Shown: positions 7,755-16,000 of the stretch, in pieces
Layout: each line of letters begins with the position of its first letter
How positions within the stretch are numbered: the first letter of the stretch is position 1
Source of the DNA: Candidatus Rokuibacteriota bacterium
Lineage (GTDB): Bacteria > Methylomirabilota > Methylomirabilia > Rokubacteriales > DASRDR01
Direction of reading: 5' to 3'
Assembly (NCBI GenBank): GCA_044866005.1
Contig: JBIOTN010000074.1
Location: 1 to 23,639 of the forward strand
DNA length: 23,639 nucleotides
Notes under the pieces: generated by a model
Seen by the model: only the letters and a program-made list of their open reading frames with translations
The model's database searches: none
What the model was told of the DNA's origin: nothing
Program-made: the position numbers and the translations under genes

Positions 7755-9818
7755 CTACGGCCGGCGCGGCGCATCCAGGACCTCCCGGACCTTGCGGGCC
7801 AGACCCGCCGGCGCGAAGGGCTTGTGGAGCAGCGGGCTCCCGGGCTCGAGGAGCCGCCGCTGCTCGATCGCGTCGGCGGTGTACCCGGTCACGTAGAGCA
7901 CCCGCATCTCCGGCCGCCTCACGGTCAGCCGGTCCGCCAGCTCCCGCCCGCTCATGTGGGGCATGACCACGTCCGTGATCAGGAGGTGAATCGGTTCCGC
8001 GTACGAATCGCAGATCCAGATCGCGTCGGCCCCGTGCCTGGCCTCCAGGACGCCGTAGGAGTGCATCTGGAGGATCTCGCGCGCCAGCTCGCGGATGGCC
8101 GGGTCGTCCTCGACGACCAGGACCGTCTCCCAGCCCGTGAGCGGTCCGGCGGGGACCGGCGTCGGCTCGGGTCGCTCGCGCACGCCCTCGCTCCGCGGCA
8201 GGTAGACCCGGAACGTCGTGCCCCGCCCCGGCGCGCTCTCCACCATGATGTAGCCGGCGCTCTGCTTGACGATGCCGTAGACCGTGGCCAGCCCGAGGCC
8301 CGTCCCCGCCGCCGCCTCCTTGGTGGTGAAGAACGGCTCGAAGATGTGCGCCTGCGTCGCCTCGTCCATGCCCACCCCGGTGTCGCTCACGGCGAACATG
8401 ACGTACAGGCCGGGCTTCGCGCCCACGTGCCGCCGGGCGAAGGCCTCGTCCAGCTCCACGTCGGCCGTCTCGATCGTCAGCCGGCCGCCGCGCGGCATCG
8501 CGTCGCGCGCGTTCACCGCCAGGTTCACGATCACCTGCTCGAGTTGCGCCGGGTCGGCCTTCACCAGGGCGACCGAGGCGGTCCGGGCCATCACGAACTC
8601 GATGTGCTCGCCCAGCAGCCGCTCCAGGAGCTTGCCGACGCCCGCCACGACCTCGTTGAGGTCCAGGAGCTGCGGCTCCCGGATCTGCTTGCGGCTGAAG
8701 GCGAGGAGCTGCTCGACGAGCGAGCTGGCCCGGACGGCCGTCGCCTGGATCAGGTCGATGTCGCGGTAAAGCGGGTGGGTCGCCGCGATCGTGTCCAGCA
8801 CCAGGTGGCTCCGCCCGAGGATCACGGTCAGGAGGTTGTTGAAGTCGTGCGCGATGCCGCCGGCCAGCCGGCCCACCGCCTCCATCTTCTGGGAGTGACG
8901 CAGCTGGGCCTCCAGCGCCTTGCGGCCGGTCATGTCCTTCATCACGCCGAGGGTCCCCACCACGGTCCCGGCCACGTCGCGGAGCAGCGACATCGAGCTG
9001 GAGACGTCCACCCACCGGCCGTCGGCGGCCCGGAACCGGGTCTCGTAGTTCTGGATCCGCCCCTCGGTCTCGAGCCGGCGCATGATGCCTCGGGCCTCGT
9101 CCAGCCCGCCGTGGTTGTATTCCGCGACGCGGCGCCCGAGGATGTCCCCCGCGCGGTGGCCGAAGATCTCCTCCGCGCCCCGGCTGAAGTAGGTGATCCG
9201 GCCGTGGGTGTCCGTCGTCACGATGGCGTCGGCCGAGTTCTCCGTGATCGACCGGAGGAAGTCGCGGGCTTCGCGGGCTTCCTGGTAGAGGCGCGCGTTC
9301 TCGAGAGCGAGGGCCGCCTGGTCGGCGAGGAGCTGCGCGAGCTGGATCTCGTCGGGCCCGAACCGGCGCGGCGCGCCGTCGCCGACGCTGAGCGCGCCGA
9401 TGACGCGGTCCTGGACCGTCAGCGGGACGGCCAGGACGCTGCGCGCCTCGATCTCCGCCAGCCGGGCCCGCAGCTCGGGCCCGAGCGTGAGGCGGGGATC
9501 GGCGAGGAGGTCGGCCGTGACGACGGGTCGTCGCTCCTGGATCGCCAGCCCCGCGGCGCCGGTCGCCGGCGGCAAGACTGCGGCCCGGGTCACGACCCGG
9601 CCGAAGTCCCCCGACACGGCGCGCACGACGAGCGCCCCGGACTCCGGATCGAGGAGGTAGAGGACGGACGCGCTGGCGCCGAGGAGCTCACGCGCCGACT
9701 CCACGATCGCGTCCCCCACGGCGGGGGGATCGAGCGAGCGCGCGAACGCCCGTCCCGCGTTCACGACCGCTTGCAGGGCGGCCGGCCACGCGTCGGGTCG
9801 GCTCACGTGGTCGTCCAT
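7755..9818 (-). CDS. Cytoplasmic hybrid sensor histidine kinase GAF-PAS-HisKA-HATPase-REC (CckA-like), 687 aa
   Basis: GAF (SVLAVPL...VIGAL...ALALENARL), PAS/PAC, H-box GIAHDFNNLL, N-box NLAVNARDAM, G-boxes DTGVGM and GTGLGL, receiver VVEDD / ITDVVMP / KPF. No TM segment seen. Confidence 0.95.
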   Translation of the reverse strand: MDDHVSRPDAWPAALQAVVNAGRAFARSLDPPAVGDAIVESARELLGASASVLYLLDPESGALVVRAVSGDFGRVVTRAAVLPPATGAAGLAIQERRPVVTADLLADPRLTLGPELRARLAEIEARSVLAVPLTVQDRVIGALSVGDGAPRRFGPDEIQLAQLLADQAALALENARLYQEAREARDFLRSITENSADAIVTTDTHGRITYFSRGAEEIFGHRAGDILGRRVAEYNHGGLDEARGIMRRLETEGRIQNYETRFRAADGRWVDVSSSMSLLRDVAGTVVGTLGVMKDMTGRKALEAQLRHSQKMEAVGRLAGGIAHDFNNLLTVILGRSHLVLDTIAATHPLYRDIDLIQATAVRASSLVEQLLAFSRKQIREPQLLDLNEVVAGVGKLLERLLGEHIEFVMARTASVALVKADPAQLEQVIVNLAVNARDAMPRGGRLTIETADVELDEAFARRHVGAKPGLYVMFAVSDTGVGMDEATQAHIFEPFFTTKEAAAGTGLGLATVYGIVKQSAGYIMVESAPGRGTTFRVYLPRSEGVRERPEPTPVPAGPLTGWETVLVVEDDPAIRELAREILQMHSYGVLEARHGADAIWICDSYAEPIHLLITDVVMPHMSGRELADRLTVRRPEMRVLYVTGYTADAIEQRRLLEPGSPLLHKPFAPAGLARKVREVLDAPRRP

Positions 9819-9826
9819 TCAGGCAG

Positions 9827-9856
9827 ACCCTATGACGGCCCGCGCGGGTCGGTCAA
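9827..9856 (-). promoter_or_regulatory. Possible internal sigma70 promoter TTGACC-N18-TAGGGT for the kinase (leaderless)
   Basis: Lies in the 3' end of the upstream gene. The -10 box ends 8 nt before ATG 9818. Confidence 0.45.
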
Positions 9857-10432
9857 GCCGTCCGCGCGGCGTTCCGGCGCGCGCCCGGTGGCCGGCGCGC
9901 CGCGCGGCACGCGGCGGACCCGGTAGCGGCAGGGCTGGCCGTCGGCCGGCTCCCGCTCGACGACGAAGCGGTAGCGCGAGCTGAGGACCTCGCCCCAGGC
10001 CCGCTGGCGCTCGAGCCAGCCGCGACAGGGCGGGTAGTCGCCGGGCGCCAGGTGCCCGTAGCCGCTCCGCTCGGCGTACGCGTGGGCCAGACACTCCGCG
10101 TTCTCGACGAGCAGCGTGTCCGGGTCGAGGAGCGACAGATGCTGGGCGGGCCGATCGAGCGCGCCGAACAGGTACCAGGCGAGGCGATACCACTCCGCGA
10201 CCTGCTCCATGGTGTCGAGCGAGTGAAGCCGGGCCACGCGCTTGAACTCCCGCAGCTCGATCCGCGCCAGGCTCGCGATGGCCCGCTCGTTGAGCTCCAT
10301 CGCCGTCTCGAGCCCTGCCCGCGCGACCGCCTTCAGGAACCACTGGCCGTCGTGGCGCCGCCAGCAGCTCGAGACGAGATCGACGACCGCGTCCGCGGGG
10401 AGGCCGAAGGGGTACCGGCGCGGCTCGGCCAC
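9830..10432 (-). CDS. DUF6125-like protein (V4R-like, Cys-containing), 200 aa
   Basis: W..HDGQWF...GLETAMELN pattern recalled from the DUF6125 family, plus three spaced C-terminal Cys residues (AEC, PPC, QPC). Confidence 0.65.
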   Translation of the reverse strand: MAEPRRYPFGLPADAVVDLVSSCWRRHDGQWFLKAVARAGLETAMELNERAIASLARIELREFKRVARLHSLDTMEQVAEWYRLAWYLFGALDRPAQHLSLLDPDTLLVENAECLAHAYAERSGYGHLAPGDYPPCRGWLERQRAWGEVLSSRYRFVVEREPADGQPCRYRVRRVPRGAPATGRAPERRADGLTDPRGPS

Positions 10433-10438
10433 CGGCGG

Positions 10439-11416
10439 TCAGCGCGCGGTGACCGGGGCGACGACCACGTCGGTCGGCGCGCCCATGAGGAAGCTCTCGA
10501 TGTTGTCCACCGCCCGGTGGAGACCGGCCTCGATCACCTCGCGCGTCATCCCGGCGTTGTGGGGCGTCAGGACGACGTTCGGGAGCGCCAGGAGCGGGTC
10601 GTCGGGCGGGACCGGCTCTTCGTGGAAGACGTCGATCCCGGCGCCGGCGAGCCGGCCGTCCCGCAGCGCCGCGACGAGCGCCGCCTTGTCGACGAGGGCC
10701 CCGCGGGCGGTGTTGACGAGGAACGCCGTCGGCTTCATCCGCGCGAGCCGCGCCGCGTCCAGAAAGCCCTGTGTCTCGGCGGCCAGCCGCAGGTGGAGGC
10801 TCAGGACGTCGGAGGCGCGCAGGAGCTCGTCCAGCGGAACGGCCCGCCCGCCGGCCGCCGCGGCCCGACCCGCGTCGGGGCGCAGCGTGTGGACCAGCAC
10901 CGTCATCCCGAGGGCGCGCCCCAGCGCCGCGACGCGGCTGCCGATCGCGCCGAGGCCGAGGACCCCGAGGCTCGTCCCCCGCGCCTGGACGAGCAGGCCG
11001 CGCGGCCACTGGCCCGCCCGGACGTCCCGGTCCAGGGCGGGGAGGCGGCGCATGACGGCGAGCATCAGGGCGAGCGTGTGCTCGGCGACGGCGTCGGCGT
11101 TGACCCCCGGGGTGTTCGTCACGGCGACTCCGCGCCGGCGACAGGCCTCGAGGTCGATGTTGTCCACGCCCGTGCCCCAGACCGAGACGAGCCGAAGGCG
11201 AGAGGCCCCGGCGAGGACCCGGTCGCTGAAGCGCGCGTGCGCCCGGATGTTGAGGGCGACCTCCGCGTCGGCGAGCCGGCGGATCAGCTCCGGCTCCTGG
11301 TCGGCGCCGCGCTCGGTGTGGATCACGACCTCGCCGAGCCCGCGGAGGCGGGCCTCCGCCGAGGACCCGGTGAGGGCGGGCGGGAAGTCGTCGGGGACGA
11401 CGATCCTCAGACTCAC
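10439..11416 (-). CDS. D-isomer-specific 2-hydroxyacid dehydrogenase (glycerate/phosphoglycerate dehydrogenase-like), 325 aa
   Basis: GTGVDNID, VAEH, GVLGLGAIG, VNTARG, DVFHEEP and TPHNAG (Arg/Glu/His catalytic set). Confidence 0.93.
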   Translation of the reverse strand: MSLRIVVPDDFPPALTGSSAEARLRGLGEVVIHTERGADQEPELIRRLADAEVALNIRAHARFSDRVLAGASRLRLVSVWGTGVDNIDLEACRRRGVAVTNTPGVNADAVAEHTLALMLAVMRRLPALDRDVRAGQWPRGLLVQARGTSLGVLGLGAIGSRVAALGRALGMTVLVHTLRPDAGRAAAAGGRAVPLDELLRASDVLSLHLRLAAETQGFLDAARLARMKPTAFLVNTARGALVDKAALVAALRDGRLAGAGIDVFHEEPVPPDDPLLALPNVVLTPHNAGMTREVIEAGLHRAVDNIESFLMGAPTDVVVAPVTAR

Positions 11417-11447
11417 GGCGACCCCTCGGGCCGAGGCCCGAGCCTCG

Positions 11448-12674
11448 CTATGGGGACTCGGCCTCGAAGACCGCCTGCGCCGCCGCGAGCGGCTCTCCCG
11501 TATCGGCCTTGTACCCGAGGTCGCGGAGCGCCATGCCGAGGGCGGAGAGGGTCGGGAGGACGTAGAGCGGGCTGGCCGTGAGCCCCATGGTCCCCACGCG
11601 CAGCGCGCCCTCGCGCATCCGGTCGATCCCGATCCCGGTCGAGATGAGGATGCCGTAAGCGTCGCGCATCCGGTGGACGACGGCGCGCGCCGCGATGCCG
11701 GGCGGGGTCCGGAAGCACGAGACCGTGTCGGAGGCCAGGGCGGGCTCGCCGAAGAGATCGAGCTTGAGCGCCGCGAGCCCGGCCCGGAACGCCTTGCCGG
11801 CGATCCGGTGCCGCCGGATCCGGTGGGGCATTCCCTCTTCCAGGATCATCGTGGTCCCCTCGCGGAGGGCCTGGGTGAGATGCGTCGGCATCGAGACCGG
11901 CTGGTTGCGCCGCGTGCCCTCGGGCACGCCGCCGCCCCGCGCCGCGGGCACCCACTCCCGCTTCCATCGGAGCAGGTCGTAGGCGTAGCTGGTCGGCCGC
12001 CCCCGCCGCCGCTCCATCGCCTCGAAGGCGCGCGGCGAGACGGACACGACCGCCAGGCCGAGGGGCAGGGCCAGGCACTTCTGCGACCCCGTCATGTTGA
12101 CGTCCACGCCCCAGGCGTCCGTCTGGACGTCCAGCCCGGCGAGCGAGGAGACCGTGTCCAGGAGGTAGAGCGCGCCGTGCCGCCGCGCGATCTCGCCGAC
12201 CGCGGCGCCCGGATAGGTGACGCCCGTGGAGGTCTCGCTGTGGACGAGCGTGAGGACCTTCGGGCGGACCCGCGCGACCGTGCGCTCGAGCGTCTCGAGG
12301 TCGAGCGGCCGGCCCCACTCGACCTCGACCGGGGTGACCGTCGCGCCCAGGCGCTCCGCGATCTCGCGCATCAGCCCGCCGAAGACGCCGGCCACCACCA
12401 CCACGACGGCGTCGCCGGGCTCGAGCAGCGAGGCGGCCGCCGCCTCGAGGCCCGTCCGGCCCGAGCCCGGCATCGCGATGACCTCGCCGCTCGTCTGGAA
12501 GACCTGTCGGAGGTCGAGGCAGGCGGGCTCGAGGATCTCCTCGTCGAAGGGCGGCTCGTACTGGATCATCGCCGGCTGGGCCATGGCGCGGATGACGCGC
12601 CAGGGCACCTCGGTCGGGCCCGGGATCATGAGGATCGGGCGGTCCAGGCCTCGCATCCAGCGCTCTCGACTCAC
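11448..12674 (-). CDS. Class V PLP aminotransferase (alanine-glyoxylate / serine-pyruvate type), 408 aa
   Basis: LMIPGPT, VHSETSTG, DTVSS, GSQKCL (PLP Lys) and RVGTMG. Strong SD AAAGGAGA upstream of the GTG. Confidence 0.93.
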   Translation of the reverse strand: MSRERWMRGLDRPILMIPGPTEVPWRVIRAMAQPAMIQYEPPFDEEILEPACLDLRQVFQTSGEVIAMPGSGRTGLEAAAASLLEPGDAVVVVVAGVFGGLMREIAERLGATVTPVEVEWGRPLDLETLERTVARVRPKVLTLVHSETSTGVTYPGAAVGEIARRHGALYLLDTVSSLAGLDVQTDAWGVDVNMTGSQKCLALPLGLAVVSVSPRAFEAMERRRGRPTSYAYDLLRWKREWVPAARGGGVPEGTRRNQPVSMPTHLTQALREGTTMILEEGMPHRIRRHRIAGKAFRAGLAALKLDLFGEPALASDTVSCFRTPPGIAARAVVHRMRDAYGILISTGIGIDRMREGALRVGTMGLTASPLYVLPTLSALGMALRDLGYKADTGEPLAAAQAVFEAESP

Positions 12675-12737
12675 GCGGCGTCTCCTTTCGCGGCGGGCAG
12701 GGGAGCCGGACGGCGACGCGCTCCGGCGACGCGACCT

Positions 12738-12743
12738 ATTGTA
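12738..12743 (-). promoter_or_regulatory. -10 box TACAAT upstream of the aminotransferase operon
   Basis: Plus strand reads ATTGTA. It is the only AT-rich hexamer in this intergenic gap, about 64 nt upstream of the start. No clear -35. Confidence 0.55.
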
Positions 12744-12806
12744 AGCCGGCGGGCGACGCGGCGCTACTTCGGCGCCGCCCGCGACCGGCGGGGACCGCGG
12801 CGGGCC

Positions 12807-13100
12807 TCACCCGGTGAGCGGCGGGACCTGACGCTGGCGGCCGATCAGGTAGAGGTTGCGCGCGTAGATGACGAGACCCGCCGCCTGCCCGAGGATGAAG
12901 ACGGGGTCCATCCGGTGGATGGCGTAGGCGAGCAGGATGAGCCCGCCCACGACGCTGAAGTACCAGAAATACACCGGCACCACGCTCTGGCGCCGTCGCT
13001 CCGACGCGATCCATTGCACGAGGAAGCGGGCCGAGAAGCACGCCTGGCCGAGGAAGCCCACGACGAGCCACGCCTTCGAGACGTCCATGCCATGCTCCAT
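12807..13100 (-). CDS. Lipid-A-disaccharide synthase N-terminal (LAB_N) domain membrane protein; alternative start at 13088
   Basis: Signature GFLGQACFSARFLVQWIASE...SVVPVYFWYFS..GG.ILLAYA...DPVFILGQ...IYARNL. Confidence 0.9.
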   Translation of the reverse strand: MEHGMDVSKAWLVVGFLGQACFSARFLVQWIASERRRQSVVPVYFWYFSVVGGLILLAYAIHRMDPVFILGQAAGLVIYARNLYLIGRQRQVPPLTG

Positions 13101-13142
13101 GACGTCCACGTGGTCGGGCGCTATCGACGGGGCCCGGAACGG

Positions 13143-13151
13143 TGCTAGAAT
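13143..13151 (+). promoter_or_regulatory. Extended -10 promoter TGc-TAGAAT
   Basis: Near-consensus. Followed by SD GGAGG and ATG 13198. Confidence 0.7.
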
Positions 13152-13197
13152 CGGCGCGCGAGTCCGAGCCCGCCGTTCGGGGGAGGCGACCCGGCAC

Positions 13198-13431
13198 ATG
13201 GTCAAGGGCTACATATTGCTGCGTCTCATCCCTGGCCTCGAAGCCGAGGCGCTCAACCAGATCCGCACCGTTCCGGGAGTCGTCGACCTCACGCTCGTCT
13301 TCGGCGGCTGGGACGCGGTCGTGCACGCCGAGGCCAAGACCCTGGGGGCGCTCACGCGCCTCGTGGTCGGGCAGATCCGCGGCATCCACGGGGTGCAGGC
13401 GACCGAGACGCTCGTCGCCGCCGAGTTGTAA
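13198..13431 (+). CDS. Stand-alone Lrp/AsnC ligand-binding (RAM) domain protein, 77 aa
   Basis: MVKGYILL...IPGV-like...VFGGWDAVV...IRGIHGVQATETL pattern. No HTH. SD present. Confidence 0.85.
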   Translation: MVKGYILLRLIPGLEAEALNQIRTVPGVVDLTLVFGGWDAVVHAEAKTLGALTRLVVGQIRGIHGVQATETLVAAEL

Positions 13432-13444
13432 AGATACCACGACG

Positions 13445-14938
13445 ATGCGGGCGCTCGGGGGCCGGGCGGGCTTCGCCGCCCTGCTCGCCGCCTACGTCCT
13501 CACGCACCTCCTCCTGCGCGTCTGGATGTCGCCGACCCTGACCGTGGACGACGCCCGCGAGGCCGTCTTCTCGCAGACCCTCGACTGGGGATACCAGCCG
13601 CGCCAGCCTCCCCTCTACAGCTGGGTCGTCTGGGCCGCCGTCCGCGTCTTCGGCCTGGGCGTCCCGCCCTTCGCCGCGGTCCGGTACGCGTGGCTCGCGG
13701 TCGCCGCCCTGTTCCTCTACCTGAGCGCCCGGCGGATCCTGAGCGACGCGCGAGTCGCGGCGCTCGCGGCCGCCTCGCCGCTGCTCCTGCTGCCGTTCAG
13801 CTGGAACATTCACTTCCTGACTCACACCGCCGCCCTGGTGGCGGCGTGCGGCGCCACGCTCTACGCCCTCGTGCGGCTTCTGGCCTCCGGGCGGTCCGGG
13901 GCCTACGCCTGGCTCGGGGTCGCGCTCGGGCTCGGGTTGCTCTCGAAGTTCAACTATGCCCTCTTCGCGGGGAGTCTCCTGGCGGCGGGGCTCACCATCC
14001 CGGACTACCGGCGCCGACTCCTCGACCCGCGCCTGCTGCTCGCGCTCGGCCTGGCCGCCATCCTGGTGCTGCCGTACGCCCTCTGGTTCCGCGCCCGCGG
14101 GTTTCCGGTGGGGTCCGTCTACTCGACCGTCGGGCGCCTGGCGCGCCCCGAGGGCGGGCTCGCCAGCCTCGCCACCGACCTCTATCACGTGCTCCGCGTC
14201 GGCGTCGCGTTCCTGGGGCCGGTCTGGGCCGCGTTCCTCCTCCTGGCCCCGGAGGTCCTGCGACCGGCGACGGCGGCCTCGCGCGACCGGCTGCGGCACG
14301 GCCAGCTCCTCGCGCGCACGTGTCTCCTGGGGGCGGGGATCCTGGTCGCCGGCGCCGTGCTGAGCGACCCCGTGCCGCTCCGCACGCACTGGGTGCTGCC
14401 GGTCTTTCTCCTGGTACCGCCGTACCTCGTCTGGCGCCTCGACGTCGCCGGCGTCGAGCCCCGGCAGGTCCGCCGGCTCGGGCTCGCCGTGGCGGTCGCC
14501 GCCCTGGCGGTCGCGGTCACGCTCCTCACGCCCTTGAGCGGCGCCAGCCTGCTGGCCGCCGGCCTCGGGGAACCGTACGGGGCGGTGGCCGCCCGCCTGG
14601 CCGAGGCGGGCTTCCGGCGGGGCACGATCGTCGCCGGACGCGGCGCCCTCGGCGGCAATCTGCGCGTGAGCTTCCCGACCTCGCGGGTCGTCACGATCGA
14701 CAACCCGCGCTACACGCCCCCGGCCGGCGCCGGGGACGGGCAGTGCCTCGTCGTCTGGGACCGCGAGGATCCGGAGACGGTCGGACGGAGGGTGGCGCCG
14801 GCGCTGGCGGCCCTCGAGGTCGACCCGGGCGCGCTCGGGCCGTTCCGCGAGATCGAGCTGCCCTCCCCGACGCCGGCGGGCCGGACGCTCCGCGTGCGCT
14901 ACGCGCTCCTCGAGCACGGCGCGGGGCGCTGTCGCTGA
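13445..14938 (+). CDS. GT-C fold polyprenyl-phosphate-sugar glycosyltransferase (GT39/ArnT/RgtA-D-like, PMT_2), 497 aa
   Basis: Periplasmic loop VDDARE...WGYQPRQPPLYSW, GLGLLSKFN and many TM helices. ATG 13445 is in frame with track ORF 13142..14938. Confidence 0.85.
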   Translation: MRALGGRAGFAALLAAYVLTHLLLRVWMSPTLTVDDAREAVFSQTLDWGYQPRQPPLYSWVVWAAVRVFGLGVPPFAAVRYAWLAVAALFLYLSARRILSDARVAALAAASPLLLLPFSWNIHFLTHTAALVAACGATLYALVRLLASGRSGAYAWLGVALGLGLLSKFNYALFAGSLLAAGLTIPDYRRRLLDPRLLLALGLAAILVLPYALWFRARGFPVGSVYSTVGRLARPEGGLASLATDLYHVLRVGVAFLGPVWAAFLLLAPEVLRPATAASRDRLRHGQLLARTCLLGAGILVAGAVLSDPVPLRTHWVLPVFLLVPPYLVWRLDVAGVEPRQVRRLGLAVAVAALAVAVTLLTPLSGASLLAAGLGEPYGAVAARLAEAGFRRGTIVAGRGALGGNLRVSFPTSRVVTIDNPRYTPPAGAGDGQCLVVWDREDPETVGRRVAPALAALEVDPGALGPFREIELPSPTPAGRTLRVRYALLEHGAGRCR

Positions 14939-15006
14939 GGGCCGCTCGTGATCCGCGCCCCCGTCGGCCCGCGGGCCGGTCGGACGGCGCGCCTGGGAGG
15001 CGACGC

Positions 15007-15825
15007 ATGCCGACGGCCCGCGTGAACGGCGTCTCGCTCTACTACGAGGAGGCCGGGGACGGACCGCCGCTCCTCCTGATCCACGCCTTCCCCGTCGGGC
15101 GGGGGATGTGGGCGCCCCAGATCCCGTCCTTCGCGCGGCGGTTCCGCGTGATCGTCTATGACTGTCGCGGCTTCGGGCGCTCGGAGGCGCCGACGGCGGC
15201 GGCGGCGTACTCGCAGGGACAGTCCGTCGAGGACGCCCGCGGCCTCCTCGCGCACCTCGGCGCGCTGCCGGCCGCCGTCTGCGGGCTGTCCATGGGCGGG
15301 AACATCGCGCTCAACCTCGCGCTCGCGCACCCCGAGGCGGTGCGGGCGCTCGTCCTCTGTGACACGGGCGCCGGCTCCGAGGACCCGGGCGCGTTCCGGG
15401 CCCGCTGCGTCGAGTACGCCGAGGCGAGCCAGCGCGGCATGGACGGCTTCTTCGAGAAGCTGATGCTCTGGCCGGTCTTCCGCGACTTCGTGACGGGTCC
15501 CCGAGAGCGGCAGCTCCTGCGCGAGATGGTGCTCGCCCAGTCGCCCCACGGGGTCGGCCTGACCGCGCTCCACACCCTCGCCCCGCGGCCGCCGGTTTAT
15601 GCGCTGCGCGAGCGGCTCGAGGCGCTCCGGCGCCCGACGCTCGTCGTCTACGGCGAGCGCGACGAGGCGTGCGTCGAGAGCTCCGGGTTCCTGGCGACGA
15701 CCATCCCCGAGGCGCGCCTCTGGATGGTCCCGGGCGCGAGCCACTTCGTGAACCTCGACGAGTCCGAGCGCTTCAACGAGACCGTGCTCCGCTTCCTCGG
15801 CGAGCACGCCACGGGCGGCGGCTAG
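15007..15825 (+). CDS. Alpha/beta fold hydrolase (PcaD/MhpC-like), 272 aa
   Basis: LLIHAF, YDCRGFGRS, nucleophile GLSMGG, GERD acid and ASHFVN His. SD GGGAGG at 14995-15000. Confidence 0.92.
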   Translation: MPTARVNGVSLYYEEAGDGPPLLLIHAFPVGRGMWAPQIPSFARRFRVIVYDCRGFGRSEAPTAAAAYSQGQSVEDARGLLAHLGALPAAVCGLSMGGNIALNLALAHPEAVRALVLCDTGAGSEDPGAFRARCVEYAEASQRGMDGFFEKLMLWPVFRDFVTGPRERQLLREMVLAQSPHGVGLTALHTLAPRPPVYALRERLEALRRPTLVVYGERDEACVESSGFLATTIPEARLWMVPGASHFVNLDESERFNETVLRFLGEHATGGG

Positions 15826-15927
15826 CGCTCAGTCCCGGAGGATCCAGGGATTCGTGGAGCGCGAAGACGCGCCCCTCCCCGGTGAGGGCCGAGTCGCCCG
15901 GGAAGGCATACGGCAGGAGCTGGGCGC

Positions 15928-15954
15928 GGAAGGGGGCCCCGAAGGGCCCCCTCC
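15928..15954. terminator. GC-rich hairpin between convergent genes (REP-like element or bidirectional terminator)
   Basis: GGA-A-GGGGGCCC-CGAA-GGGCCCCC-TCC. No U-tract. Confidence 0.5.
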
Positions 15955-16000
15955 AGAGATACCTAGGTGGGCGTCGCGCGGGACGGCGTCGATCCCGGGC

